This document shows, piece by piece, positions 43,401-53,401 of a stretch of DNA of 63,194 bases. The stretch covers positions 1 to 63,194 of the forward strand of contig JAGVWT010000001.1 of assembly GCA_018304175.1 (NCBI GenBank). The letters are read 5' to 3'. This DNA is from Candidatus Pacearchaeota archaeon (GTDB taxonomy: Archaea; Nanobdellota; Nanobdellia; Pacearchaeales; GW2011-AR1). The translations under genes and the position numbers were made by a program. The notes beneath the pieces were generated by a model. It did not search any database. It was given only the letters and a program-made list of their open reading frames with translations, and had not been told where the DNA came from. Each line of letters opens with the position of its first letter. The first letter of the stretch is position 1.

Positions 43401-44816
43401 TTAGCAACTACCCGGAACATCTTGGACATATAATGCCTGTGCTGTTTTACTTTTCTCTTTCCAGCGAGGATCAAATCTGTAGGCATTTTTTTCTCCAGCA
43501 ACTCCGCGAATATATTCTGCCCATGATTGGATTTGCTCTGGTAGAGGATTTATATGAAGATAGTGTGAAGCCCATTCTCCAGGTCTTCCAATAGTTTGAT
43601 ACCATTCAAAGGTTTTTACCTTTCTAAATCTGAAATCAAATTTTTTTGAATATCCGCTTTCATCTGAATAATCCCAAATAGGAGACCCAGGAAGTGGGAC
43701 AAAAACATGAACACCGACGGAATCAACAGGCGATTCTCTAATAAATCTTGCCATTGTTTCTATCGAATCGTCTGTCTCTCCAGGTAAACCAACAATCATT
43801 TGTGCTCTTACACGCATGCCTACTGTCTTTGCAGCAATTATAGCTTCCATATTTTCTTCATATGTTGTCTCTTTTTCTATTCTTCTTAAGATTCTATCAT
43901 CAGCATGTTCAATTCCATAAGTAATCTGCTTACAACCAGCATCATACATTCTTTTGTAAAGATTAAGCTTTCTGTTAAATGTTGGAGGCACATCTACTCT
44001 TCCAAGACAATGCCAATCGAAAGAAAACTCTTTTTGCAATTCATCAAATTTATTACATAATCTATTAACTTGTTTTTCTGAAACAATGAATATATCATCA
44101 AACATGTAAAATCTATTGCAGTTATATTTTTCTCCGAGATGCCTCATTTCATTAAAAACATCAGAATCTTCCCTATAACGAACACGAAAATTTGAAAGAG
44201 TCATTTGAGCACAAAAACCACATTTGAATGGACAACCACGAGAAGTAATCAGATGTCCTTCTTTTATTTCATCTCTTGAATCTCCCCAAACATTTGCATT
44301 AGTTCCAACACGATGATATTGATCAATGTCAATAAGTTCCCTCGCAGGCCAAGGAAGTTTTTGCATTTCGGCTTCAGGAATCATTGGTGCATCAATAATA
44401 CCTCTTTTAAGTCCATTCAACTGTCCGCGGGTAATTTTCAGCATTTCTACTTCACCATCGCCCTTAACAACATAATCTGCTCCGAGATTTAAAGTGTGTT
44501 CTGGCATGGCTGAAGCATGATAACCTCCCATGACAATTAAAGCATTTGGCTGCCTTTCTCTTATTCGCTGTGCAACTTTTTCTGCAAGATGGGCTTGAGG
44601 CGTAGTAAGACTGATTCCATAAATATCTGCGTATTTCAAATTATCATCCCATTTATCTTCTGTCAAACCACACAAATCAGATACTGTAGTTTCTATGTTG
44701 TTTTGTTGCAGATATGAAGCAATACCTAAAACTCCTAAATTAGGCAAGTCCTTATCATCAATAAGCCACGGACTAGGAAGAGTTATCATATTCACTGATT
44801 TGTCTAAACTTCTCAT
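43401..44816 (-). CDS. cobalamin-binding radical SAM protein (class B methyltransferase-like)
   Basis: PNLGVLGIASYL, IVMGGYHAS, VVKGDGE B12 domain; TSRGCPFKCGFC (CxxxCxxC); IVGLPGET. Confidence 0.92.
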   Translation of the reverse strand: MRSLDKSVNMITLPSPWLIDDKDLPNLGVLGIASYLQQNNIETTVSDLCGLTEDKWDDNLKYADIYGISLTTPQAHLAEKVAQRIRERQPNALIVMGGYHASAMPEHTLNLGADYVVKGDGEVEMLKITRGQLNGLKRGIIDAPMIPEAEMQKLPWPARELIDIDQYHRVGTNANVWGDSRDEIKEGHLITSRGCPFKCGFCAQMTLSNFRVRYREDSDVFNEMRHLGEKYNCNRFYMFDDIFIVSEKQVNRLCNKFDELQKEFSFDWHCLGRVDVPPTFNRKLNLYKRMYDAGCKQITYGIEHADDRILRRIEKETTYEENMEAIIAAKTVGMRVRAQMIVGLPGETDDSIETMARFIRESPVDSVGVHVFVPLPGSPIWDYSDESGYSKKFDFRFRKVKTFEWYQTIGRPGEWASHYLHINPLPEQIQSWAEYIRGVAGEKNAYRFDPRWKEKSKTAQALYVQDVPGSC

Positions 44817-44855
44817 TTTAATAAAGATAGGAGGATTTAGTATTTTTTAAATATA

Positions 44856-45866
44856 TCAGTCAGTTTTAACAGATAACTCTTTCATTATGTTTATATATCC
44901 TTTAACTACATTATTAATGTCTGTTTTTTTCTTAACTTTTTTCATGGTTTTTAAGGCATCTTTCCAAACTTTTTTTCCAAATGTTTTCTTAGCATAATCA
45001 AGTGTTTTTATAACTGATTGAAAATCTGTATTTGTAAGATATGGATAATTTTCCCCGAGAAGCTCAACTACTGAAGAATCACGAGAAGTTATAATATTGG
45101 CTCCTATCGCAGACGCCGTAGCAACTTTTGTCGATGGCTTATATAAAAACTCGTAAGAGCCTTCTTTTCTCATGGAATAAAGGCAATTAAATTTCTCCTT
45201 GACTTTTAATTGTTCTAAAAAATTTTGGACTAAAATTAATTCCGGTATCTTATCAGCAAAAAGAACTTTATTTGGGGCGCCACCAAAATATACTAAGGTA
45301 AATTTTTTATTTTGTTTTTTTGCTTTCAATTTGCCAAACTTTGGATCCCAATGATGGTACATAACAAACGATTTTGTTCTTTGAAAAAGATAATGTTTAA
45401 AATCATTTTGCATTCTTTTGTTAGGGAATATTATTCCATGACATATCTTTCCTTGATTTTCTAACAAGTTTGGTCTTGCATCATCAAGAACATTATAGAC
45501 AAGGATACAATTTTTTTTAATCGCCCTTATAACATCACTAAAAGGAAAATATTTGACAAAAATCACCATTGAGTTATCTATGTCTTCTGGGAGTTTTCTT
45601 ACATATACTTCCGAATTTATCCCTCTTTTTTTTAAAGCATCACATGGCTGATGGCCATTCATGGTTATCGTTCCTTTCAAATCCTTTACCAAAAATATAA
45701 CTTTTTTTATTTTTCTATTGTAACCTATATTTTGATAATCTTTATTTTTTGAAATCCATCTCTTTATTAGCAAATAATCAATAAAATTTTCCAAACCAAG
45801 TTTTTTGTTATTTTTGAAGAATAATAAAAGGGCCAAGATATTCTTTACTTTTTTTCTATTGTCCAT
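44856..45866 (-). CDS. divergent GT-B-like protein
   Basis: IIFPNK; LVYFGG; KPSTKVATASAIGANIITS resembles the GT-B C-terminal KPxxK..AxG motif. Confidence 0.55.
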   Translation of the reverse strand: MDNRKKVKNILALLLFFKNNKKLGLENFIDYLLIKRWISKNKDYQNIGYNRKIKKVIFLVKDLKGTITMNGHQPCDALKKRGINSEVYVRKLPEDIDNSMVIFVKYFPFSDVIRAIKKNCILVYNVLDDARPNLLENQGKICHGIIFPNKRMQNDFKHYLFQRTKSFVMYHHWDPKFGKLKAKKQNKKFTLVYFGGAPNKVLFADKIPELILVQNFLEQLKVKEKFNCLYSMRKEGSYEFLYKPSTKVATASAIGANIITSRDSSVVELLGENYPYLTNTDFQSVIKTLDYAKKTFGKKVWKDALKTMKKVKKKTDINNVVKGYINIMKELSVKTD

Positions 45867-45867
45867 T

Positions 45868-46692
45868 TTATTTCAGTAAAAACCTTTGAATTTTGCTGTC
45901 TTTCCATATATCAACTATTTTTTCCTTTAAACTAAGTTTTATAGGTTTTGGTGCTTTTTTTGGATTTAAACTCATTATTATATGAAAAGATTTTTCACTT
46001 TCTTCTGGGCCCCTAATATACTGTCCATTAAAGTAAGGATAAAAATTTTCTAAATTATACATCCCATGTTCTGCAAACTTTTTAACCCACCATTTTTTTG
46101 GTTTTTGAGTTCTATGAAATTCAATATCACTAACCATATCGGAATAATTAGCCACACTTGCTATGAACAGGCCTTCTTCTAAGAGATGTTTTTTTATGTT
46201 TTCAATTAGGCTGCCTATTTGATTTTCTTCTAAATGTTCCAAAACCTCCCATGCCGTTATAACATGGAATTTGATAATTTGTTTGGGTTTTTTTTTAGTT
46301 ATGGAAAAATCTTTTGTAATATCGCAGGTAAATAATGAATCTGGAATTATTGGCCATTCAGCCCTGTGCATTTTTTTTGAGTAGTCACTACCTTCTAAAC
46401 CAACTGCAAAACAACCATCATTGATACATGCCCTTACAAAACCCCCTCCTGCACACCCTAAATCTAGAATTTTTAAATTTCCAGTGATTTGTCCTGAATA
46501 TTTAGGATAAAATAATCTGTAAAGTTTAAAATTGAACAACCAATTTGTAGAATTATCATGTTTTGAACCTTTTGGATAAAGATAGTCATTCGAATCGTAG
46601 GCTATCATTCGTTCGCATTTTAGAATTATATCTTTAGGAAAAATTTCTCCTGTTTTTTCTTTATTTTGCATTTTAAACATTGTCTGTTGCAA
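45868..46692 (-). CDS. class I SAM-dependent methyltransferase
   Basis: ILDLGCAGGG; VGLEGS; CDIT; VITAWEVLEHL. Confidence 0.9.
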   Translation of the reverse strand: MQQTMFKMQNKEKTGEIFPKDIILKCERMIAYDSNDYLYPKGSKHDNSTNWLFNFKLYRLFYPKYSGQITGNLKILDLGCAGGGFVRACINDGCFAVGLEGSDYSKKMHRAEWPIIPDSLFTCDITKDFSITKKKPKQIIKFHVITAWEVLEHLEENQIGSLIENIKKHLLEEGLFIASVANYSDMVSDIEFHRTQKPKKWWVKKFAEHGMYNLENFYPYFNGQYIRGPEESEKSFHIIMSLNPKKAPKPIKLSLKEKIVDIWKDSKIQRFLLK

Positions 46693-49600
46693 ATTTTATT
46701 TGATTTAATAGCCACCTCGACCCATTAACTCCTTTATATTGTAATCCTTTTGCTAAAGTGATGCTAACTTGCTCTTTATTATTAATGTCATACTCATTTA
46801 CTGAAAAGCTTCCCACTCCTTTTAATAAGGAATTGTCTACTGAATCTAAATCACCCATGTCTCCTATTTTAACTATTTCATCAACCAATAAATCGTTAGC
46901 GTTTGCGAAATGTGTTAAAGCAAATTCCTTATTAATTTCTTTTTTAGATATTACAATAGAACCTGAAGTTTGTGCAGAATTACTTTTATTGACTGCTAGA
47001 GGTATGTTCATTATCCTGAACATAGAATTTATTTTGTTAACGTATCCATTTTGAATATTTGGGTTTTTTGGTAGAATGTGTAGTTTATAATCTGTTACAA
47101 TATAGTCATCTTCAAGCTTCAAGACATTTTTCCTGAGTATTTTTAATGCAGTTTCTAAAACATATTGCGGCATTTTTTCATCATACATTTTTTTACTAAC
47201 TCCATAATCTAACCTGTAACAATATGAAGCATTTTCTGGATAAATATAAAATTTTGATTTGGAAGATATTTTAAGATTCTTATGAGAAATAATTTTGTGA
47301 ATAAGTTTTTCAGTCAAAGAATTGTTCTGCCTGACAGTCATAATACCCACAGGAATGTTATTATTCGATAACTTCACAAGAAGTTCAACAATATCATTCG
47401 GAACTTCATTATCTTCGTTTGTTATGGTTTCATCTACATCTATAGATAACCCTTTGTAAACTTTCTTTAGATATTCATCTAATCTTGATAAATGTTGTCT
47501 TATATTATACTCCTCAAAACTTAAGTTTAATACACTCTCTTTTGAATTTTGTATTTCATCATTAAGTTCTTTCATATATTGTTCAACCATCTCAACTTCT
47601 TCTTGTGTATTGAATCCTGCACATTCTTTCGGATCTGCACTGGCAATACCAACAATTTCTTTTTCTAGACTTGTCAACTTTGGAATCAATTTTAAAAAAT
47701 TAAGCTCGGAAATAGTTCCTTTTTCTATTCCAGAATCATTTACTAATTGTTTAAGTGCTTCAAGAACTTCTTTTGATTTAAATATGAATATACTAGCATC
47801 ATGTTCTCCAAAATCCCTTTTTTGTCCTGGATTTTCTTTGGTTATAAAAACATCAATTATTTTCCCATCATTATCCCTTATTAACCCTGCATAAGGATTT
47901 TTTTCCCAGCATGTTGGGATTGTTATAACTGAACTTTCTAAAGCCTGATGTATAGCACAGGTTAAGTTTATTGTTTCTGATCTTATATTTGTAATATCAC
48001 CCCAAGACAAAAAGATATCTCCATCAAAATCGGAGAACTCTTTTTTTAGAACATCAAAAAAACTCATAGCAGTTCCCCTAAGATCTTTTGTTATGATTAC
48101 TTTGGCATTGTAACTGGGATAATTTTCAGACCAGCCCTCAAGCTTTTTTATATCATTTTCATTGACGACAACAATTGGTTTTTCATCAATTTTGTAGTAT
48201 TTTTCTAATAAATAAGCTAAATTCGCTTTACCATTGATTGGATAAATTATTTTAGGTATATCTGATTTAAGTCGAGTTCCCTTACCAGCACCTAAAATAA
48301 TAACTTTTATCGGTCTCTTCGGTTTAAACTTGTCTACTCCACTAATACCCAATATCTCATCAATTAATCTTTTTATTCTAGACTCTTTTTCCTTATACAA
48401 AAAAGGGTTATTTAATAACTGCCTTAGTTGTTCTCTCTTATTCTCAATTTTGTTTATTTTTTCTTTTTTGATTAATTTTCCTTTATTAACTCTATAACCA
48501 ATGTCATCTATCATTTTAAGAGAATGAATAATCTGCGCTAGAAGCTTATGTTGGTGTTTCATATGGTATTGTGAATCTTCTTCAACACTTACCTCAATTA
48601 ACTCAACACCACATTGAGAAAGATACTTTTTATCTATAGGCAATCTATTAGCATTTATTACTCCATCGGTTCTATAACCATGAGTATTTATTATTATATA
48701 ATCTATTTCTGTTTTTTGACCATTATTTGTTTCATGATTAATATATTTTTCAAGTTCAACTAAATTTTCTCCCAAAGTATGAAAACCTCTTTCTCTTATT
48801 AAATTAGCCACAAATATTTTCAATGAATTAGAGTTATTCAGTGCCTCTGAAATTCCCTTAGTAACCAACGTTGGAGTCAAACTAGAATGGAATGTTGTTG
48901 GAGGAAATATTATTAATTCTGATTGCTTAATTGAATCAATCGCTTCTTCTGTCGCTTCTGGATAAACTGCAAAATTTGATTTTATATAATTAATTTTATC
49001 ATTTATCGAAGGTAATAAGTTAAATTGTCTTATATCTGCATCACCTAATGGCTTTTTTACTAAAAATATTTCAGATATCTCTTCATTAAGATGATCAAAT
49101 ACAACTTCTGCTTCGCAGTTCAATAGATTTCCTTTTTCAGTCACTGCAATTAACCATAATGGTTCTTGATTATTCAGAAATATTTTTCCGGATAGGCCAA
49201 AAAACTCAATTAGCTTATTATTTGTAAAATGATAATCCTTATTATAATGAAAATGAGCTCCAACATAAATCATATTCCTTATTCCATAATCTCGTAAGTC
49301 ATAAACCTGATTATATTTTGTTTCCCAAGTAGAGATTGCCCTTTCAAATTCTGTGAGAAAAACACGTAATTGTGTCTTGATTGATACATCTGTCTTATTA
49401 AGAAAATCATTTATCAAACCTGATTTTTCATGATCTGTTATTGCTAACCTCAAATCACTTCTCAATTGTTCAGAGGTTTTTGTTATGGGCAGACGATATT
49501 CTAAAAAGCTTCTCAGTTCTTGTTTAGAATCCCCCATAAGAGCCACTATATTTTTAGCAATATCTGATGGACCTAAAAGATTCAAGTTTCTTCTTATATG

Positions 49601-50035
49601 TCCTGTGCTTTTTCCGTCATCATAAGCATTAACTAATAAAGTTATGTCCGCCCCCATTTCAAGCAGGCCTTTTGTCAATCTATTTGAGCCAGTTCCTCCG
49701 GAAAACATCGTCAATTTTCCATTGAAAAAAAACCCTTCATTAAATACAGCATCATAAATCTTTGTGATATCTCTATCTTCCACGCTGTAACCTTTTACAT
49801 CCCTATATTTTGATTCTAAAATAAATATTATGTCATCTATGTCGGATAGTATGGAATTATTTTTAATAAAATCGACTAAATCTTCTTCATTTTTTGTCAA
49901 AATATCTACTAGTCTTTTATTGTTTAAAGATGGGAACACTAAATTATTAGCCAACTCTTTTATTATTGAATTGATTTTGTCAATAGGATCAAAATTTTTT
50001 GTTACTCCATTTAATTGACTCATCAAGCCATCCAT
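46673..50035 (-). CDS. three-domain fusion: YvcK/CofD-like + GlmU-type nucleotidyltransferase + HAD phosphatase
   Basis: FSGGTGS / VNAYDDGKSTG / PSD (YvcK/CofD); ILGAGKGTRLKSDIPKIIYPINGK and WGD (NTP transferase); SIDVDETI, IMTVR, KIGDMGDLDSVD (HAD motifs). Confidence 0.85.
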   Translation of the reverse strand: MDGLMSQLNGVTKNFDPIDKINSIIKELANNLVFPSLNNKRLVDILTKNEEDLVDFIKNNSILSDIDDIIFILESKYRDVKGYSVEDRDITKIYDAVFNEGFFFNGKLTMFSGGTGSNRLTKGLLEMGADITLLVNAYDDGKSTGHIRRNLNLLGPSDIAKNIVALMGDSKQELRSFLEYRLPITKTSEQLRSDLRLAITDHEKSGLINDFLNKTDVSIKTQLRVFLTEFERAISTWETKYNQVYDLRDYGIRNMIYVGAHFHYNKDYHFTNNKLIEFFGLSGKIFLNNQEPLWLIAVTEKGNLLNCEAEVVFDHLNEEISEIFLVKKPLGDADIRQFNLLPSINDKINYIKSNFAVYPEATEEAIDSIKQSELIIFPPTTFHSSLTPTLVTKGISEALNNSNSLKIFVANLIRERGFHTLGENLVELEKYINHETNNGQKTEIDYIIINTHGYRTDGVINANRLPIDKKYLSQCGVELIEVSVEEDSQYHMKHQHKLLAQIIHSLKMIDDIGYRVNKGKLIKKEKINKIENKREQLRQLLNNPFLYKEKESRIKRLIDEILGISGVDKFKPKRPIKVIILGAGKGTRLKSDIPKIIYPINGKANLAYLLEKYYKIDEKPIVVVNENDIKKLEGWSENYPSYNAKVIITKDLRGTAMSFFDVLKKEFSDFDGDIFLSWGDITNIRSETINLTCAIHQALESSVITIPTCWEKNPYAGLIRDNDGKIIDVFITKENPGQKRDFGEHDASIFIFKSKEVLEALKQLVNDSGIEKGTISELNFLKLIPKLTSLEKEIVGIASADPKECAGFNTQEEVEMVEQYMKELNDEIQNSKESVLNLSFEEYNIRQHLSRLDEYLKKVYKGLSIDVDETITNEDNEVPNDIVELLVKLSNNNIPVGIMTVRQNNSLTEKLIHKIISHKNLKISSKSKFYIYPENASYCYRLDYGVSKKMYDEKMPQYVLETALKILRKNVLKLEDDYIVTDYKLHILPKNPNIQNGYVNKINSMFRIMNIPLAVNKSNSAQTSGSIVISKKEINKEFALTHFANANDLLVDEIVKIGDMGDLDSVDNSLLKGVGSFSVNEYDINNKEQVSITLAKGLQYKGVNGSRWLLNQIKFATDNV

Positions 50036-50186
50036 GAAATAATCTCGGATATTTCTTTAAAAAACTTTATGATATTAGATAACTATCTTCTGTCACCAAA
50101 AATAAGTGATAGTATCTTATTCAGATGTATAAATTCATAAGCTTTTTAATTTCATTAAATAATTATTTTTGTGATTTAATAGTAAA

Positions 50187-51281
50187 ATGAATAAAAAAAT
50201 TAAAGTTTATTTGCAGTATCCTTGGAAATATCCTGATTCGCCATATTACAAGTATTTAATTAAAAATCCACCTAATAATATTGAATATCTGAATACAAAA
50301 AATCAAAAAGGAGTTTTAACAAACTCTAGACAGCTTTTTTTTTCTCATAACATTAAAAGGACTATAAGAAGCCTGATTTTTTTGTTAAAAATTCCCATAT
50401 TGAACGTAAGACATACAAAATCCAAAGAGAAATTTGATTTGATACACTGCGCACATTGTCTTTCAAAAAATACTGATAAGCCATGGGTTGTCGATTTCGA
50501 AGGAGACTGGCAGTTTTTCTTGGGACATGAAAATGATCTTGTTAGGAAAAGAGCTAAAAAACTATTGATAAATAAAAACTGTAAAAAGATAATTGTATGG
50601 ACTTGCGCAGCTAAAAAAAGAATTCTAAAGAAATTTCCAGAGATAAAAGAAAAAATAGATGTTATTTACCCAGCGATTCCTCTTCCAAAAGAAAAGAGAA
50701 AAGAGCACCGAGGAATAAATCTTCTTTTTGTAGGAAGGTATTTCTTTAGAAAAGGAGGCTTGCACGCATTGGGGGCAATTAATAGATTAACGAAAAAGTA
50801 TGGAGACGTAAAAGGAATTATTGTTTCTGACACTCCCGAAAACATTAAAAAGAGATATTTGAAAAATGAAAGGATAAACTTTTATGATTTAATGGGACAG
50901 GAAAAACTGTTTAATGAAATTTACCCAATATGTGACGTATTTGTGTATCCAGGATATAAAGATAGTTTCGGATTCTCAATGTTGGAAGCAATGTCTTTTG
51001 GAATTCCTATTGTAACTGTTGATGGTTTCGCGAGGAATGAAATTGTTGGTGATGATAAAACCGGATTTATAGTAAAAGAGAATGTAACTAAACAGGAAAT
51101 GATGAAATATAATGAAAAAATTACTGAGAAAATCATAGATTTAACTGAAAAACTTATTAAAAACAAAAAACTAAGAGAAAAAATGTCAAAAAATTGCGTA
51201 AACATTATAAAATATGGGAAGTTCTCTATAAAAGAAAGGAATAAAAAACTGGAGAAAGTATATGAAGAAGCTTTAAAATAA
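50187..51281 (+). CDS. GT4 family glycosyltransferase
   Basis: LFVGRYFFRKGG; DSFGFSMLEAMSFGIPIV. Confidence 0.92.
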   Translation: MNKKIKVYLQYPWKYPDSPYYKYLIKNPPNNIEYLNTKNQKGVLTNSRQLFFSHNIKRTIRSLIFLLKIPILNVRHTKSKEKFDLIHCAHCLSKNTDKPWVVDFEGDWQFFLGHENDLVRKRAKKLLINKNCKKIIVWTCAAKKRILKKFPEIKEKIDVIYPAIPLPKEKRKEHRGINLLFVGRYFFRKGGLHALGAINRLTKKYGDVKGIIVSDTPENIKKRYLKNERINFYDLMGQEKLFNEIYPICDVFVYPGYKDSFGFSMLEAMSFGIPIVTVDGFARNEIVGDDKTGFIVKENVTKQEMMKYNEKITEKIIDLTEKLIKNKKLREKMSKNCVNIIKYGKFSIKERNKKLEKVYEEALK

Positions 51282-51283
51282 AG

Positions 51284-52528
51284 ATGTTTGAAATAAAAAA
51301 TTGTCGTATATGTGGATCTGAAAATCTCTCTTTTATAATCTCTCTTGGAAATCAATATGTTACTGGTTTTATTAAATCTGAAAAAGAACAGATGAAAATT
51401 CCAAGAGTTCCTCTTGAACTTGTTCTATGTGGGGAATGTAAAGTTTTACAACTAAAACATAACGCACCTCCGGAATCAATGTGGGACGAGCAGTATTGGT
51501 ACAAATCAGGGATAAGTACAACTATCAAAAAAGATTTGAAGGATATTGTTGAGAAATCACTTAAATTAATTGACTTAAACGAAAATGATATTGCTGTAGA
51601 TATTGGATGTAATGACGGAACCTTGCTTGGATTTTATACCAAAGGAAAGCTCATCGGATTTGAACCTTCAAAAAATGTAGCTAAAGAAGCCAAAGAAAAA
51701 GGATTTAATGTAATAAACAATTTTTTCAATGCAAAAAATTTCAAAGAAGAATTTGTAGATAAAAAGGCGAAGATAATTACTGCAATTTCAATGTTCTATG
51801 ACTTGGAAAATCCTAATGAATTTCTCAGAGACATTAATGAAATTTTAGATAATGATGGATTATTTGTAATTCAGCAAAATTATCTTGCAACAATGTTAGA
51901 ATATAACGCATTTGATAATATATGTCATGAACATAGAGAGTATTATTCACTATCTTCATTGAAAAATCTTTTAGAAAAACATAATCTAGAAATATTTGAT
52001 GCTGAACTAAATGATATAAATGGGGGAAGTATAAGAACGTACATAAAAAAAATTGGGAATGAAAAAATCAATCCATTTAGTGAATCTAAATCAAGAATAA
52101 ATGGGATAATTGAAAGAGAGCAAAAAATTGGACTGAATACAATAAATCCATATCTTGAATTTGCTTTAAGAATTGACAAAATAAGAGAAGATTCGATGAA
52201 TTTTCTGGAAGAAGAAAAATCAAATGGTAAAAAAATTTGGATTTATGGCGCATCAACAAGAGGGAATGTTATACTTCAATATTTTGGACTAAATTCCAAT
52301 ATCATTGATTTTATCGCCGATAAAAATCAAGATAAATGGGGAAAGAAAACAATAGGAAGTTTAATTCCTATAACTTCTCCAGAAGAAATGAGGAAAACAA
52401 ATCCAGATTATCTTTTGGTTAATACATGGCATTTCTTCGAAGAAATAAAGGAGCAGGAAAAAGAATATTTTGAAAAAGGAGGGATTTTAATAACAGCATT
52501 GCCTAAATTTAGGATAGTAAAAAAATAG
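51284..52528 (+). CDS. NDP-sugar C-methyltransferase (Zn-binding, TylC3/NovU-like)
   Basis: CRICGS...C..C Zn site; DIGCNDG; ICHEH; YGASTRGN. Confidence 0.88.
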   Translation: MFEIKNCRICGSENLSFIISLGNQYVTGFIKSEKEQMKIPRVPLELVLCGECKVLQLKHNAPPESMWDEQYWYKSGISTTIKKDLKDIVEKSLKLIDLNENDIAVDIGCNDGTLLGFYTKGKLIGFEPSKNVAKEAKEKGFNVINNFFNAKNFKEEFVDKKAKIITAISMFYDLENPNEFLRDINEILDNDGLFVIQQNYLATMLEYNAFDNICHEHREYYSLSSLKNLLEKHNLEIFDAELNDINGGSIRTYIKKIGNEKINPFSESKSRINGIIEREQKIGLNTINPYLEFALRIDKIREDSMNFLEEEKSNGKKIWIYGASTRGNVILQYFGLNSNIIDFIADKNQDKWGKKTIGSLIPITSPEEMRKTNPDYLLVNTWHFFEEIKEQEKEYFEKGGILITALPKFRIVKK

Positions 52529-52531
52529 TAA

Positions 52532-53401
52532 TTATTTGTCTTTATTATACTGGTTTCTTAAAATTTCAAGCCCTTCCTCAAAAGAATGTGTTTTTAATCC
52601 CAGATTTTCTATTTTCGATATATCCAAAGTTGTATTAAATGGGATTTTCATTTCAATTTCTGATTTTTCATTTGTTTGTATTGATGAAATTTTTGACTCA
52701 TCCCTAACTACTTTCTCTAAACTTTTTAAAAAATCAATCATTTTTACTCTGGTTGGTCCAGCAACATGAAATAAACCCCTTTGATTTTTCTTCAAGATAA
52801 ATAAAATAGCGCTTACAACATCATCAGCCAAGACAGGTTGCCTCATTTGATCAGGAGCTTTTAATTTTACTTCATTTCCAGATAATATTGAACCTCCAAA
52901 AACACCATTTTTTTCACCTTTTCCATTGTAACCATACATTGCATCTACCCTTATTACGATTGAATTTTTATAACTTAAAATCTCCTTCTCAGCCAACACT
53001 TTTGTTTTTCCATATTCATTCTCAGGATTAGGTAAGTCAGATTCGTTGTAATTTCCTTTCTTTCCGTCGAAGATATATGTTGAAGAAAAAAATACCATAA
53101 CTGAATTGATTGTTTTACATGCTTCTAAAATATTTTTTGCTGTTTCGTAATTCAATCTCCTACATAAATCTGGATTTTTTTCGCATGCAACAGAACTTGT
53201 TAATGCTATAGTATCTATAACAATATCTGGCTTATTATCATTTAGAAATTTTTTTATATCACCAGGAATTGTGGCGTCCAAATGCATTAATCCTTCCTTT
53301 TTGTTGTCAGAATAAGTTCCAATTACCTCGTGATTTTTTGATAGAAAGTTAAACAGCTTTGTTCCTAAAAATCCTGAGGCTCCAATTACCACTATTTTCA
53401 T
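52532..53401 (-). CDS. RmlD-like NDP-4-keto-sugar reductase (extended SDR)
   Basis: GASGFLG; SSTYIFDG; YGKTK (YxxxK). Confidence 0.88.
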   Translation of the reverse strand: MKIVVIGASGFLGTKLFNFLSKNHEVIGTYSDNKKEGLMHLDATIPGDIKKFLNDNKPDIVIDTIALTSSVACEKNPDLCRRLNYETAKNILEACKTINSVMVFFSSTYIFDGKKGNYNESDLPNPENEYGKTKVLAEKEILSYKNSIVIRVDAMYGYNGKGEKNGVFGGSILSGNEVKLKAPDQMRQPVLADDVVSAILFILKKNQRGLFHVAGPTRVKMIDFLKSLEKVVRDESKISSIQTNEKSEIEMKIPFNTTLDISKIENLGLKTHSFEEGLEILRNQYNKDK

